Assembly (NCBI GenBank): GCA_965246715.1
Contig: CBDFFH010000022.1
Span: 64,001-128,000, forward strand
Direction: 5' to 3'
Length of the DNA stretch: 64,000 nucleotides
Source: Chamaesiphon sp.
GTDB taxonomy: Bacteria; Cyanobacteriota; Cyanobacteriia; Cyanobacteriales; Chamaesiphonaceae
This document shows, piece after piece, positions 50,687 to 61,018 of the stretch. Each line of letters starts with the position of its first letter. The first letter of the stretch is position 1. The notes beneath the pieces were generated by a model. The model did no database searches and was not told the DNA's origin. It was given only the letters and a program-made list of their open reading frames with translations. Both the position numbers and the translations under genes were made by a program.

Positions 50687-51826
50687 CTACTCGACGATCG
50701 CCTCAATAATATCGCGTGCCATATCGTCCCAAGTATGACGACGCAACGAAGTTGAGAGATCGATCGCCTGTTGGCAATAGTAGGGATACTGCTGTTGCCA
50801 TCCATACAACCGTTTGACGAGATCTTCAACATTATTGGCATCTGGGAGGAGCAGATCTTGCAGTTGGGTCGAGTAGCGTTCGGCGACTCCAGCCGTCGCT
50901 GTGGTCAGCGCCGGAAGACCGCAACATAAAGCTTCGTGTACTCCCAATCCATATGCCTCGTAACGCGTTGGTGCTACCAAGCAATCCGCCGCGCGGAGAA
51001 TCGAGGGTACATCGCGGCGAAAGCCCATAAACTCAATCCGATCGCTCAAACCCTCAGCTTGGGCGCGTTGTTGCCACAGTGGGAGTTCGGCACCGACACC
51101 GATGACGACCAGATTGGCATTCCAATTGGGATCTGTACAGAGTTGTTGCCACGCCCCAAATAACGTATCGAAACCTTTGCGTCGATCGCCTAAAGCACCG
51201 ATAAAAGTGACGATCGGGCGATCTAGATCCCAGCCATATTCCAATCGCAATTGTTCGCGTTCGGCAGCGGCGGCAGGATAGAACACAGTGGAGTCGATGC
51301 CATAATAAATTGTCTTGACTTTACTCGGTTCGAGATCGAGTAAATCGATGAGGTGATTTTGGGTCAGGAGCGAGTTGGCGATTGCGATTCTCGCACCTTG
51401 GAGGGCGACACGTTCGGTGCGGAGTGACAGTTGGCGATCTAATTGTTGTTTTAATTTGGCAGCGATGCCCATGCGACTGTCGGGTTGATAGGCAGCGTGA
51501 ACGTAATGTACCCAGTTGATATCTGGATACGGACAATTACCGCCGTTGGCAATCGTGTATGCGTCGGGGTTGCTGCTGAATCGATCGCCGATTTTAACAC
51601 CTGCGCTCGCCAAGCGAGGCGCACCTAAAAAATAGGAATTCAACGGTTTTGGCACCTGATGGACGGTGACAGTCGATCGATCTGCCAGTGCTGGATCGAC
51701 GCGATGGGCGACGAGATCGAGCGGATAACCTTGACGGGCGATATAGTCGGCCAACGCATAGTTGGCGCGATCCATGCCACCAGTGGGCACGAAATCGCCA
51801 GTAACGATCGAGAATTGAGTAGTCAT
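50687..51826 (-). CDS. Glycosyltransferase family 4
   Basis: GGMDRAN, RRKGFD, EAYGLGVHEA. Confidence 0.88.
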   Translation of the reverse strand: MTTQFSIVTGDFVPTGGMDRANYALADYIARQGYPLDLVAHRVDPALADRSTVTVHQVPKPLNSYFLGAPRLASAGVKIGDRFSSNPDAYTIANGGNCPYPDINWVHYVHAAYQPDSRMGIAAKLKQQLDRQLSLRTERVALQGARIAIANSLLTQNHLIDLLDLEPSKVKTIYYGIDSTVFYPAAAAEREQLRLEYGWDLDRPIVTFIGALGDRRKGFDTLFGAWQQLCTDPNWNANLVVIGVGAELPLWQQRAQAEGLSDRIEFMGFRRDVPSILRAADCLVAPTRYEAYGLGVHEALCCGLPALTTATAGVAERYSTQLQDLLLPDANNVEDLVKRLYGWQQQYPYYCQQAIDLSTSLRRHTWDDMARDIIEAIVE

Positions 51827-52024
51827 CTTAAAATATCCTTAATCAATTTAGTAACTTTTTCGTGTCGATCTTCGAGATTAAATTCGGCGATTTCGCTAAT
51901 AATTTGTTGCTGTAACGATCGAAAATTGAGTAGTCATCTCAAAATATCCCCAATAAATCTAGTAACTTTTTCGCGCTGATCTTCGAGATTAAATTCAGCG
52001 ATTTCGGTCGGAATGTATTGCTGT
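51801..52024. repeat. Diverged 111-bp tandem duplication of a gene junction
   Basis: gtaacgatcga.aattgagtagtcatct.aaaatatcc... starting at 51801 and 51912. Confidence 0.85.
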
Positions 52025-53025
52025 TTGGCGATAATTTCGGTGGGAGTCAGCGTTGCCATCAAGTCAGCTAGCTCGGTAATATAGCGCTCATCCCAAGGAT
52101 TATTACCCGCCAGACACCACGACCAACCAGACAATAAATCGTAAGTCATCGGTACTTGCCCGATCGCGATCGGTAATTTGGCGGCTAAATATTCGCTCAC
52201 CTTGGTGGTGTACCGAAAACTGCCGACACCATCGACACTCTGAGGCAGGCTGGCGACATCCATCGCCGCCAGATATTCAAATACGCGATCGTTGAGAATA
52301 TTACCCGTGAGGATAATTTTGGTACCCAAGAGATCTGCCGCCAATGTTTGTAAATGCTGCATCCCCGTACCGTCGCCGACGATAATTACATAGATATCCG
52401 CACTCCGATCGATTTTTTGTCTGGCGCTGACTAGCTCGACTCCATAGCAATACTGAAGTTTTTCGACCCAACTGAGCGAGCCGACGATCCCATAGACGAT
52501 CGCCTGTGGGGGAATGCCCAATCGTGCGCGGGTCTGCTGCCTAAAGCGATCGAATTCCTCCACACTATAATTTTTGGGCGACCATCCCGCTGCAGTCACC
52601 CCCCTCGGCGCACCAAAGGTCAGCGCCCGACCGACTAAATAAGGTGTCCAGCCGATAAATCCCGCACAATAGCGACATAATAGTTGCTCGTACAATTGCG
52701 CGAAGTAGCCAACGAGATGGTTTGATTTCATCGCAATAAACGGCGCGACGGCATCGCCACTGCTGACTACATAGGGGATGTTTAGCGACCAGCGCAATAT
52801 CAAACAAGCCAGTCCGCCTGCGACTCCAGTTCCTTCCATCACGATTAGTGAGGGTCGATCGCTAAAACCAGATTTAATTAATTGCCAGCAACTACGGATT
52901 TTGAGGCGCGCATCAAACGCAAATCTGGTAATTTTAAAATTATCTAATAAAGCTAAGATCCTCGACTCATCATTAGTATTTTCGCCTTTAGTGGCAAATA
53001 CCAAGATTTTATGTAGACTATTCAT
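51934..53025 (-). CDS. Glycosyltransferase (GT-B fold, GT4-like)
   Basis: IIVGDGTG, YLAAMDVASLP, KVSEYLAA. Confidence 0.75.
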   Translation of the reverse strand: MNSLHKILVFATKGENTNDESRILALLDNFKITRFAFDARLKIRSCWQLIKSGFSDRPSLIVMEGTGVAGGLACLILRWSLNIPYVVSSGDAVAPFIAMKSNHLVGYFAQLYEQLLCRYCAGFIGWTPYLVGRALTFGAPRGVTAAGWSPKNYSVEEFDRFRQQTRARLGIPPQAIVYGIVGSLSWVEKLQYCYGVELVSARQKIDRSADIYVIIVGDGTGMQHLQTLAADLLGTKIILTGNILNDRVFEYLAAMDVASLPQSVDGVGSFRYTTKVSEYLAAKLPIAIGQVPMTYDLLSGWSWCLAGNNPWDERYITELADLMATLTPTEIIAKQQYIPTEIAEFNLEDQREKVTRFIGDILR

Positions 53026-53072
53026 ATTAAAGTTTCGATCGTTTACTCAATTACCCTAATCTCCAGAAACTG

Positions 53073-54170
53073 ATGTCAACAATTTTGTCGATCGTACCCA
53101 GGCTTCCACCTGTTGTAGATGGAGTTGGCGATTATGCCTGTTTGTTATCGGATGCTTTAGCCGCGCAGCATGGGATTTCAACTAAATTTATTGCTTGCGA
53201 TCCGTTACAGCCGATCGAGTCTCAGCCAGGAGCTTTAGGCTCGGTTCAACTAATGACAAGATCGCGAGATTCACTATTAGATATCCTCGATCGCTGTGAT
53301 GACATAGACACTTTATTTCTCCACTATGTTGGTTATGGTTATGCTAAACGTGGTTGTCCGTTGTGGTTGGTAGCTGCCTTAACTAAATGGCGGCAAGCTA
53401 AACCATCTCGACGACTGATGGTGATGTTTCATGAGGTATATGCCAGCGATCGTCGACCTTGGAATAGTCAGTTTTGGACATCACCGCTGCAACGCCAGAT
53501 TGCCAAATATTTAATCGAACTTGCCGATGTCGTCATGACTAGCAATCAAAGATTTATCAATTTAATCGTGGGTTTGAGTACCAAGCATCGTGATAGAATT
53601 GCAGCTTTACCAGTATTTTCAACGGTGGGAGAGAGTAACGAGCCTAGACCGCTGAGCGAACGCAAACCCTGGTTGGTTACTTTTGGTAATAGTGGCTTTC
53701 GCAAGTCTATTTATACTAATTCTCTCGAACAACTCACAACAGTATGTCAGCAATTAGAGATTAGCGAAATCTATGATATCGGTCATAGTTCGACAGAAAT
53801 AGTGCGATCGATTCCAGGTGTTAAGGTAAATGCAATGGGTATTCTACCCGCCACCGAAATTTCTGAAATTTTTAGTCAGGCGCGGGTGGGTTTTATCAAC
53901 TACCCGATTCCATTTATTGCCAAGTCCACGATTTTTGCGGCTTACTCCAGCCATCAACTGCTATCGGTATTCGATCGAGCTAATCTCGGCGATAACTTAG
54001 ATGGTGTCGAAATCGATCGAGATTATTGGGTGGTGCGATCTGATAAGTCGATCGATCTCCAGACAGCCCAGAAACTCTCGAGCAACGCTTATCGATGGTA
54101 CGAGCGACATAGCCTCAGAGCGGTTGCTGAGCTAGTAGCCGAGCTACTCACTCAAGTTTCTGCAGGCTAG
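53073..54170 (+). CDS. Glycosyltransferase (GT-B-like), opposite in orientation to the cluster
   Basis: PPVVDGVGDY, HYVGYGY, MFHE, KSTIFAAY. Confidence 0.72.
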   Translation: MSTILSIVPRLPPVVDGVGDYACLLSDALAAQHGISTKFIACDPLQPIESQPGALGSVQLMTRSRDSLLDILDRCDDIDTLFLHYVGYGYAKRGCPLWLVAALTKWRQAKPSRRLMVMFHEVYASDRRPWNSQFWTSPLQRQIAKYLIELADVVMTSNQRFINLIVGLSTKHRDRIAALPVFSTVGESNEPRPLSERKPWLVTFGNSGFRKSIYTNSLEQLTTVCQQLEISEIYDIGHSSTEIVRSIPGVKVNAMGILPATEISEIFSQARVGFINYPIPFIAKSTIFAAYSSHQLLSVFDRANLGDNLDGVEIDRDYWVVRSDKSIDLQTAQKLSSNAYRWYERHSLRAVAELVAELLTQVSAG

Positions 54171-54188
54171 CAAGTGTCATAGACTAAC

Positions 54189-55514
54189 TCAATCCACATA
54201 TATTTGCTGTTGTTGGGAATTTGCAGCTACAAAAATTGTGGCATTGAGCAACCAGAACTCCATACCTGTCTGCGAGATAAATACTGGATAATTAAATGTA
54301 ATCATCACGATTCCGATATTATATGCAAAGATGACCGCACCCCAAAAAGACAAACCATCCATCCGCTGTTGGCAAGCAATTTTGAAGGCATAATAGCAAG
54401 CTGAAAATAATGCACCACTGTAGGCAATTATCAATGGGATCCCACCATCTAATAGCCAGCCAGTCCACTGAATTTCTACCCAAATCGGGTCGGTAAACGG
54501 ATTGCCATTCTTGCCAAAATAACCATACATCATTCCCCAGCGCCCTAACCCAGCACCCCAAGGATACTTGGGCACTAATATATTGATGGTATCTTCTAAA
54601 AACCGTCCTCTATTCTCGTGATAAACTTGGTCGGCACTGCCAGAAAATAGCGAAGTTATCCGATCGAGTGTCCCCGCACCGCCTACAGCAACCGCCCAGC
54701 CAAACGTACCCAAAATCAATGGCTGGAGCGTCGCAACTAACGTTATCGCGCGCTTAAAATTGCGGCTGACCGATAGCACGAATAACAAACATCCAATACA
54801 CAAGCAAGTAACGATCAAAATATTCCGAACCTGCGACATATAGATGCAGAAAAAGCCGATAAAAGTACTCAGGATCCCTAATCCGGCCACGTACTTATTT
54901 TTGCCTTCTAAAAAGAATGCCAGTCCCAGTAAGACAGCATAAAATCCGGCTAATGCGGCTCCACCTGGCGAATCAGTCAATCCTGACGGACGAAATACCG
55001 ACGTACCGTTTTGGAGGACTATTTTGAGATTTTCGCCACCGTAGGTGCTATTTTCAATTACCGATGATAGTTGAAATTGAAACTGTCCGGGAAAATAGAT
55101 TTGCAGCAACCCAAATAAGACACTAACCGATTGAAACACCCAAACTAGTGCGAGTAAATTGCGAAATCCCGCGGCAGACATCGGTAATTTAGTCGCCCAA
55201 AATAACGGTCCAAGAATTGCTAAATACATTGCAATTTGACCCAAGGCAGCAAAAATTGAATTGTTCTGAAAATTAAAGCAAAATGATAAGCATAAAATTG
55301 CCATAACTCCATAAGCCATCCATTTAACTGGATAGTCGATCCCTCGCTCTTTGGTCGTGGCTAAAAGATAAAGACTCAGACCAAAACAACCGATCCGCAG
55401 TACCGTGCGAAGCGCCCCGATCCCAGGAACTAGCAGCAAGAGCTGTAAAATAAACTGCAACAGCATAAAGTTATGCGCCCAGTTCCATTCATCTCGTTTG
55501 AGTCCAAAGAACAT
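54189..55514 (-). CDS. Polytopic membrane protein, putative Wzy polymerase/O-antigen ligase-like
   Basis: Multiple TM helices; RPSG, SQVR, PWGAGLGRWG. Confidence 0.65.
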   Translation of the reverse strand: MFFGLKRDEWNWAHNFMLLQFILQLLLLVPGIGALRTVLRIGCFGLSLYLLATTKERGIDYPVKWMAYGVMAILCLSFCFNFQNNSIFAALGQIAMYLAILGPLFWATKLPMSAAGFRNLLALVWVFQSVSVLFGLLQIYFPGQFQFQLSSVIENSTYGGENLKIVLQNGTSVFRPSGLTDSPGGAALAGFYAVLLGLAFFLEGKNKYVAGLGILSTFIGFFCIYMSQVRNILIVTCLCIGCLLFVLSVSRNFKRAITLVATLQPLILGTFGWAVAVGGAGTLDRITSLFSGSADQVYHENRGRFLEDTINILVPKYPWGAGLGRWGMMYGYFGKNGNPFTDPIWVEIQWTGWLLDGGIPLIIAYSGALFSACYYAFKIACQQRMDGLSFWGAVIFAYNIGIVMITFNYPVFISQTGMEFWLLNATIFVAANSQQQQIYVD

Positions 55515-55567
55515 ATCAACCTAAATTAGTAATCGGGGTCATCTCCAAGATACATTTTTTGACTGCA

Positions 55568-56329
55568 TTATCGTCGATCGAATGGCTTGCAGATAAACCA
55601 CACTTGACTACTAAACCAGCCACCCGACCAGGGTAACGGGGAGAAGATTGTTTGCTCGACGGTCAAATGCTCCCGGACTCGCTCGCGCATCGCCCGCCAG
55701 TTGAAACCATAATGGGAGTGAGAAGGCTCATCTGGTTCGCCATATACCGGACGGTCTACTATGGTATTCTCTCCAGCACAAATCATCTTGATGGCATTTG
55801 ATAGTGAATAGGATTCATAGTAGCGGTAATCGCTCAAACCCCGCAAAGCAGCAAGCTTGCGGAGAAATAACTTCAACAGGAACGTTGGCCCAATTTCGAT
55901 CGGCACGCTAATAATTACCCGTCCATCAGCAGCGACGAGTCGAGCTAAGTCTTTGAGTACGATTTCCACTATTGGATCCGTACAATGTTCGAGTGCTTCC
56001 ATACAGGTGACGACATCGTAAGACGCTACATGAGCGGAATCGGCGATTTCGGAAATGGTGGAAAAGCGAATATTCTGGAGATCGGCAAAGCGAGTCTGAC
56101 AGTCTTTGACTTGATCTGCTGCAATATCTGCTCCGTAGCCAGAAGATAACTGATTTGCAGCCATCGAGAGAAAGGTGCCGTCGCCACAACCATAGTCCAG
56201 TAATTTCTGCTGCGAGCCAATCAAGCGCAGAGCTGCCTCAAACCGAGATCTGTGACTCCAAGCAATAATATTGCTATCGCAACCAAATTGCTTCTGGTAA
56301 TATTTTCCTTCAGTAATAGCGTTCAACAT
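55568..56329 (-). CDS. Class I SAM-dependent methyltransferase
   Basis: LDYGCGDG, YDVVTCMEALEH. Confidence 0.88.
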   Translation of the reverse strand: MLNAITEGKYYQKQFGCDSNIIAWSHRSRFEAALRLIGSQQKLLDYGCGDGTFLSMAANQLSSGYGADIAADQVKDCQTRFADLQNIRFSTISEIADSAHVASYDVVTCMEALEHCTDPIVEIVLKDLARLVAADGRVIISVPIEIGPTFLLKLFLRKLAALRGLSDYRYYESYSLSNAIKMICAGENTIVDRPVYGEPDEPSHSHYGFNWRAMRERVREHLTVEQTIFSPLPWSGGWFSSQVWFICKPFDRR

Positions 56330-56420
56330 AGATATCTCCGATGATAAATGAATGATTGATTAGATAGATACAGGTGTTGTAATATTTGCTTGGGTAAAAT
56401 TTAGTTTCCAATAAAAAAAA

Positions 56421-57107
56421 TTATTTTTTTGTAGCTGATAAAATTACGTTATCGCTAAAAAGTCTACCTTTGCAGCCCAGAAAATGCGGCCAATTCCGAT
56501 CGCTGCCAGGTATCCTCCCCGAATCGGTATAATGAATTTGAATGTCCGAGAGCTGACATTCAGCGGCAATTCGCTGCAAATCGATTTCGAGTAAGGCCGT
56601 AATATGTGCGGGATAGCAGCCTGGAGTTTCTTGGAAGGCATTAAACTGGTTTTTAAATACCAAATTCAACTTACTTAGCAAACTTAATTGATTGGGAGTG
56701 GTAACGACAATCGTCCCACCAGGTGCAGTAATTCTCACTAATTCCCGCATAAAAGTGCGCGGGTTTTCTAAATGCTCGATCGTTTCGATCGAACAAACAA
56801 CATCGGCATAATTATCTGGTAACTTAATCGTACAAGTATCTAAATCGGACTCGATAAATCTACAATCTTGCGGAAATTCTGGATAGCGAACGATGTCAGC
56901 ACCGATATACTGCTGTTTAGATAAATCCAGGAAGTTAAGAAAATTACCTTGGCCGCAACCAACATCTACTACATTGCCAGAGTAGTCGCTAATTAAATTA
57001 GCAACCGATCGATAAATTGCAACGTTGCTTTGCCCAGCACTGATTAATGCTCTGTCTGTTTTTAATTGAGTTTTCATAGTTGGATTATCGAGTAAGTTTC
57101 TAGACAT
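56421..57107 (-). CDS. Class I SAM-dependent methyltransferase
   Basis: VDVGCGQG, ETIEHLENP, PGG...TTPN; start at 57107 or 57077. Confidence 0.88.
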   Translation of the reverse strand: MSRNLLDNPTMKTQLKTDRALISAGQSNVAIYRSVANLISDYSGNVVDVGCGQGNFLNFLDLSKQQYIGADIVRYPEFPQDCRFIESDLDTCTIKLPDNYADVVCSIETIEHLENPRTFMRELVRITAPGGTIVVTTPNQLSLLSKLNLVFKNQFNAFQETPGCYPAHITALLEIDLQRIAAECQLSDIQIHYTDSGRIPGSDRNWPHFLGCKGRLFSDNVILSATKK

Positions 57108-58224
57108 GACATACCCCACGAGCGAGATCGATCGCCTCTTTCAATACAAATATTTGTTGGCGTGGCTCACATAATTCTGTAGCTCTGGCAATTGCCGATG
57201 TCCTAAACTGTTGACATTTAGCTGGCTGCTGGACTAATTCCCGGAGTGATGAGGCAATTTCGCCGATATTCCCTGGCTCGACGGCATAGCCACACTCAGG
57301 TGTCACGATCTCACCACCACCGCCGATTGCCACCGTTACTACGGGCAATCCCGCAGATAAAGCTTCAATAAAAGCAATCCCAAACGGTTCGGCACTCAAG
57401 TTGGGCTGACAAAAAATATCGGCCGCTACGAGTAAATCTGGGACATCTTGACGTTCGCCTAAAAATCGCACCCGCCGTTCCAAACCCAGTTCTTGGACTT
57501 GGTGCTGCAATCGATCGGAATATTCGCGCTCGCTATCGCGCTGTATTCCTCCTACAATCCAGTATTCCCAATTTGGGAGGTCTTGTATCTGGGCTAATGC
57601 AGCAATCGCCAAATTATGTCCTTTCCAGCTTTCCAGCCGCGATACTTGAACGATAACCGTTGTATCTACTGCCGTTCCTAGTTGCTGTCGGACTTGTTGC
57701 CGCACCTGCTGGGGATGAGCGCGCTCGATCGGTGTAACCGGGCAGTAGATAACGCGATCGGGGATATTCGGATACAGGCAATTCAAATGCTGTTGGGTAT
57801 ACCGACTATTCGCAATTACTAAGTCTGGTCGCGTGAATTTAGCCAATCGCTCGATCGTGCTTTGCCCAGTCGGGATATCATGACACCAAAAGATAAGTGG
57901 TATGCCCATCTGTTTGACCGTGCTACCAAAAATCGCCTGCGGCCAACAGGCATGGCAAATGACTAAATCGATCGATTCTTGCCGAATGACACGCTTGAGC
58001 TGCGCTCTGGCTTGAAATGCTTGCCACGGATTACTGAGCTTCACCCCTCCAAGCTGATGGATTTTAACACCAGTAGTCGCTAACTCCTGAGATAATCTGC
58101 CCTCAAAACATAAAGCAAATTGCGGCTCCATCTCTGGGCAGAGATGCCGTTGGCGAGCTAGTGTCACCAGTAGCGTCTCGATCCCGCCAAATAAATTTCC
58201 GGCATATACATGTAGAACTTTCAT
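57100..58224 (-). CDS. Glycosyltransferase family 4
   Basis: GGIE, SRLESWKG, EPFGIAFIEA. Confidence 0.9.
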   Translation of the reverse strand: MKVLHVYAGNLFGGIETLLVTLARQRHLCPEMEPQFALCFEGRLSQELATTGVKIHQLGGVKLSNPWQAFQARAQLKRVIRQESIDLVICHACWPQAIFGSTVKQMGIPLIFWCHDIPTGQSTIERLAKFTRPDLVIANSRYTQQHLNCLYPNIPDRVIYCPVTPIERAHPQQVRQQVRQQLGTAVDTTVIVQVSRLESWKGHNLAIAALAQIQDLPNWEYWIVGGIQRDSEREYSDRLQHQVQELGLERRVRFLGERQDVPDLLVAADIFCQPNLSAEPFGIAFIEALSAGLPVVTVAIGGGGEIVTPECGYAVEPGNIGEIASSLRELVQQPAKCQQFRTSAIARATELCEPRQQIFVLKEAIDLARGVCHV

Positions 58225-58337
58225 GATTAGACCTTTTGTAAAAGTAAAAATATAGTCTTTTTTAGTATTTTTGTCGTCTAAAGTTCCGCCTGTATTAATT
58301 CACTAAACCGTCGGAAAACAACAGAGTGTGCGAATCG

Positions 58338-58370
58338 CTATTCCCTATTCCCTATCCCTTATTCCCTCCC
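58338..58370. repeat. Heptamer tandem repeat (CTATTCC, STRR-like)
   Basis: ctattccctattccctatcccttattccccc in an intergenic gap. Confidence 0.55.
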
Positions 58371-58373
58371 CAT

Positions 58374-59588
58374 CTAGGCTTTCTGCTTGACTCGCAGCGT
58401 TGGAGCCTCAAACAAGAGATAAAAAACATAAGCGAAACCGATTGTCAACGGTAATACGATCCCAGCACGTACCAACCACTGAGCAGTGAGATCGATCGAT
58501 AAATTCGGCTCCACGAGCAGCGACCAGCACGAGACGATAATGGCATGAGTCAAATACAAGCTATATGAAAAACTAGCTAAGAACTTTGCTATTTTCCCGC
58601 TCAAACAAGCCAGCATCCAGTTCCCCCACTTCGTTCCTTTACTGCTCGCCTGCACCGAGGTCAGATACAGTAAAAATGCCAGTACCATCCCGCCAACACC
58701 ATCATCTTTACCACTTTGGAGCACGTAAGCAAATAGTAATGGTACGCGATCTAATAACTGTCCATCGCCACCGATGCGGAACGAAACGATCGTCACCACC
58801 AATGCAATGGTAAATAAGCGAGAAATGAGGCGGTGATAACTTCTGCGCGGATGTTTGAGGATCTGGTGTGCCCAAATCGCCCCTTGCATCCCGATCGCAA
58901 ACAGGCCGATGTACCACGGGCAAGCGACATAGACATCTTTGCCCCACCCAAAAAATGCTGGAACTATTCCTAGCCCAATTCCTATAGAGACCATGATGAA
59001 GGCACCAAATTTACGATAGAGCGGCACAAAGACTAATGGCAGCAGGAAATAGATCTGCCATTCGGTGGCGACACTCCAGTGCGTGAAGTTGATGCTATTA
59101 CTCCAGGCTGGATTGAGATTGTGAATCAACAGCAGGTGAGAGACGATCGTATCAGCACGCAAACCGCTGGCAACATCAGTAGCTGTAGCTGCGGAGAAAA
59201 ATTGCTGTCCGATCCACAGAAAAATTAGCGAGCCAGCCAGTGCAGCATAATAAGGTGGCATAATTCGTTTTGCCCGCCGCAGGATATAGCCTTTAAACCC
59301 GCCCCGAATTTTGAGCTGAGGATTGGCAAGTACGCCTAACATCAAACTCAAACCGGAAACAACGATAAAAATACTGACCGATGCGTGCCCGAATCGCAGT
59401 AGATTAGATGCGACCTTAATTGGCAATGGCAAAGTCTCTAACGATCGATGCCAAAATAAAAAATGATAGAAAGTGACATACAGTGCCGAAAAGCCCCGGA
59501 CTCCATCTAGAAATTCCAACCGTATTGTCGGGTGATGAGTATGAACATCAGCTTGGTTTTTAGTTATGAGTTCGGATGAGGTCAACAT
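58374..59588 (-). CDS. Acyltransferase family 3 (polysaccharide O-acyltransferase)
   Basis: LDGVRG, FIVVSG, RRAKRIMP, WSVATEWQIY, SYSLYLTH, FEAP. Confidence 0.92.
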   Translation of the reverse strand: MLTSSELITKNQADVHTHHPTIRLEFLDGVRGFSALYVTFYHFLFWHRSLETLPLPIKVASNLLRFGHASVSIFIVVSGLSLMLGVLANPQLKIRGGFKGYILRRAKRIMPPYYAALAGSLIFLWIGQQFFSAATATDVASGLRADTIVSHLLLIHNLNPAWSNSINFTHWSVATEWQIYFLLPLVFVPLYRKFGAFIMVSIGIGLGIVPAFFGWGKDVYVACPWYIGLFAIGMQGAIWAHQILKHPRRSYHRLISRLFTIALVVTIVSFRIGGDGQLLDRVPLLFAYVLQSGKDDGVGGMVLAFLLYLTSVQASSKGTKWGNWMLACLSGKIAKFLASFSYSLYLTHAIIVSCWSLLVEPNLSIDLTAQWLVRAGIVLPLTIGFAYVFYLLFEAPTLRVKQKA

Positions 59589-59623
59589 AATATCTCGTGT
59601 CGGAGCGTGATTGCGGTTTCCAT

Positions 59624-60847
59624 TTAGGGGGTAAAGTCTCCGGAAATTTCTAACTCGCTGGATGCCATCAAACTTGCCGTTTGTCCGAGTTGGCGTTCCT
59701 TGGCAAACCGCTGGTAGATCGCTAAACTCCGCTGTGCCATCATCGAATCGCTAAACTTCTCTGCCCGGAGTCTCGCGCCTCGAGCGAGGCGTTCGCGGAG
59801 TCCTTCCTCTTCGAGTAACCGCCGCGCCGCTTCGCCAAAAGCCCGTGGGTTATCGATCTTTACCGTCAAACCCTCTCGCTCGTGTCGACATACCCACGGC
59901 ACGCCACTCCCGGAAATATCACAATTGATCGCGGGACAACCGCTGGCCATCGCCTCTACTTGCACCATTCCAAAGGCTTCACTGCGAACGTTCGAGGGAA
60001 ACCATAACGCTGTCGCAGCATGATAGGCGGCAACCAATTCCACATCGCTAGTTTTGCCCAGCCACACTACCCGATCTGCGACATTTAATTCGTAGGCAGT
60101 TTTTTGTAAATCGTCCATTAATGGCCCAGTACCGACGATTAATAGTTTGCCTGGGACGTGTTGCAGTGCGGCGATCGCAATATGGAAAGATTTGTAATAG
60201 ACCATTCGCCCTACTGCCAGCCAAATAACATCCCCATGTTCGGCTTTTAATTGCTGCGCTCGATCGAGTGTACTTTGTGGGGGATTGGTAAAGGTCGATA
60301 GCTCTAACCCGAGCGGCAATACATTCAATTTCTGACGGTAAAGTCGTAAAAATTTCGAGCCTTTTTGGTATGCTTTACTGGTAGTCAAGATAATTTTTGC
60401 TTGGCTATAAATGAGATGTTCGATCGGCCGAAACAAGTACTTGAGCACTTTTTGCCGGATCGCATCGCTATGGTGGGTAATCACTAAGTTCCGGCGAATC
60501 TTCCCCGTCAGCATCAATGCAAGTAACATTGTGGGATTGGGAGTATGAACGTGAAAAATCGTATCAGAGAACTTAGCAAAGTATCGAATATAGAAAAATA
60601 ATGACGGGCAAAAATCTAACTTTAAGAATGAAGCAATTCTCCCAACTTTGATTACTTGTACTCGATCGTTAAAGGTAATTTCTGTTTTAGTGTGCTGCGA
60701 AAGTTGGGCCTCATCGTTAAAACTATTTACACAAATAATACAAACATCCGCACCTAATTTAGCTTGCTTTTGAGCTAATGTTTCGACATGACTTTCCATC
60801 CCACCGTAGAGCGGCGAATGATATTTAGCTAGGTGAACTATTCTCAT
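59624..60847 (-). CDS. Glycosyltransferase family 4
   Basis: GGMES, GRMVYYK, SEAFGMVQVEAMASG. Confidence 0.9.
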   Translation of the reverse strand: MRIVHLAKYHSPLYGGMESHVETLAQKQAKLGADVCIICVNSFNDEAQLSQHTKTEITFNDRVQVIKVGRIASFLKLDFCPSLFFYIRYFAKFSDTIFHVHTPNPTMLLALMLTGKIRRNLVITHHSDAIRQKVLKYLFRPIEHLIYSQAKIILTTSKAYQKGSKFLRLYRQKLNVLPLGLELSTFTNPPQSTLDRAQQLKAEHGDVIWLAVGRMVYYKSFHIAIAALQHVPGKLLIVGTGPLMDDLQKTAYELNVADRVVWLGKTSDVELVAAYHAATALWFPSNVRSEAFGMVQVEAMASGCPAINCDISGSGVPWVCRHEREGLTVKIDNPRAFGEAARRLLEEEGLRERLARGARLRAEKFSDSMMAQRSLAIYQRFAKERQLGQTASLMASSELEISGDFTP

Positions 60848-61018
60848 GATTTACTAATGATAGTATCGATTGATTGATGAGTTTTACTCGATCGGCTAGC
60901 GACGAGTACAGGAGCGAGCCGATTTTAAAATGATTAAAGCGATTGACAAAGTAAGGTGACGAGATTCAATTTTTAATCCGCCACCATTGCGGGCTATTTT
61001 CAATTCAATGTTTAACTG

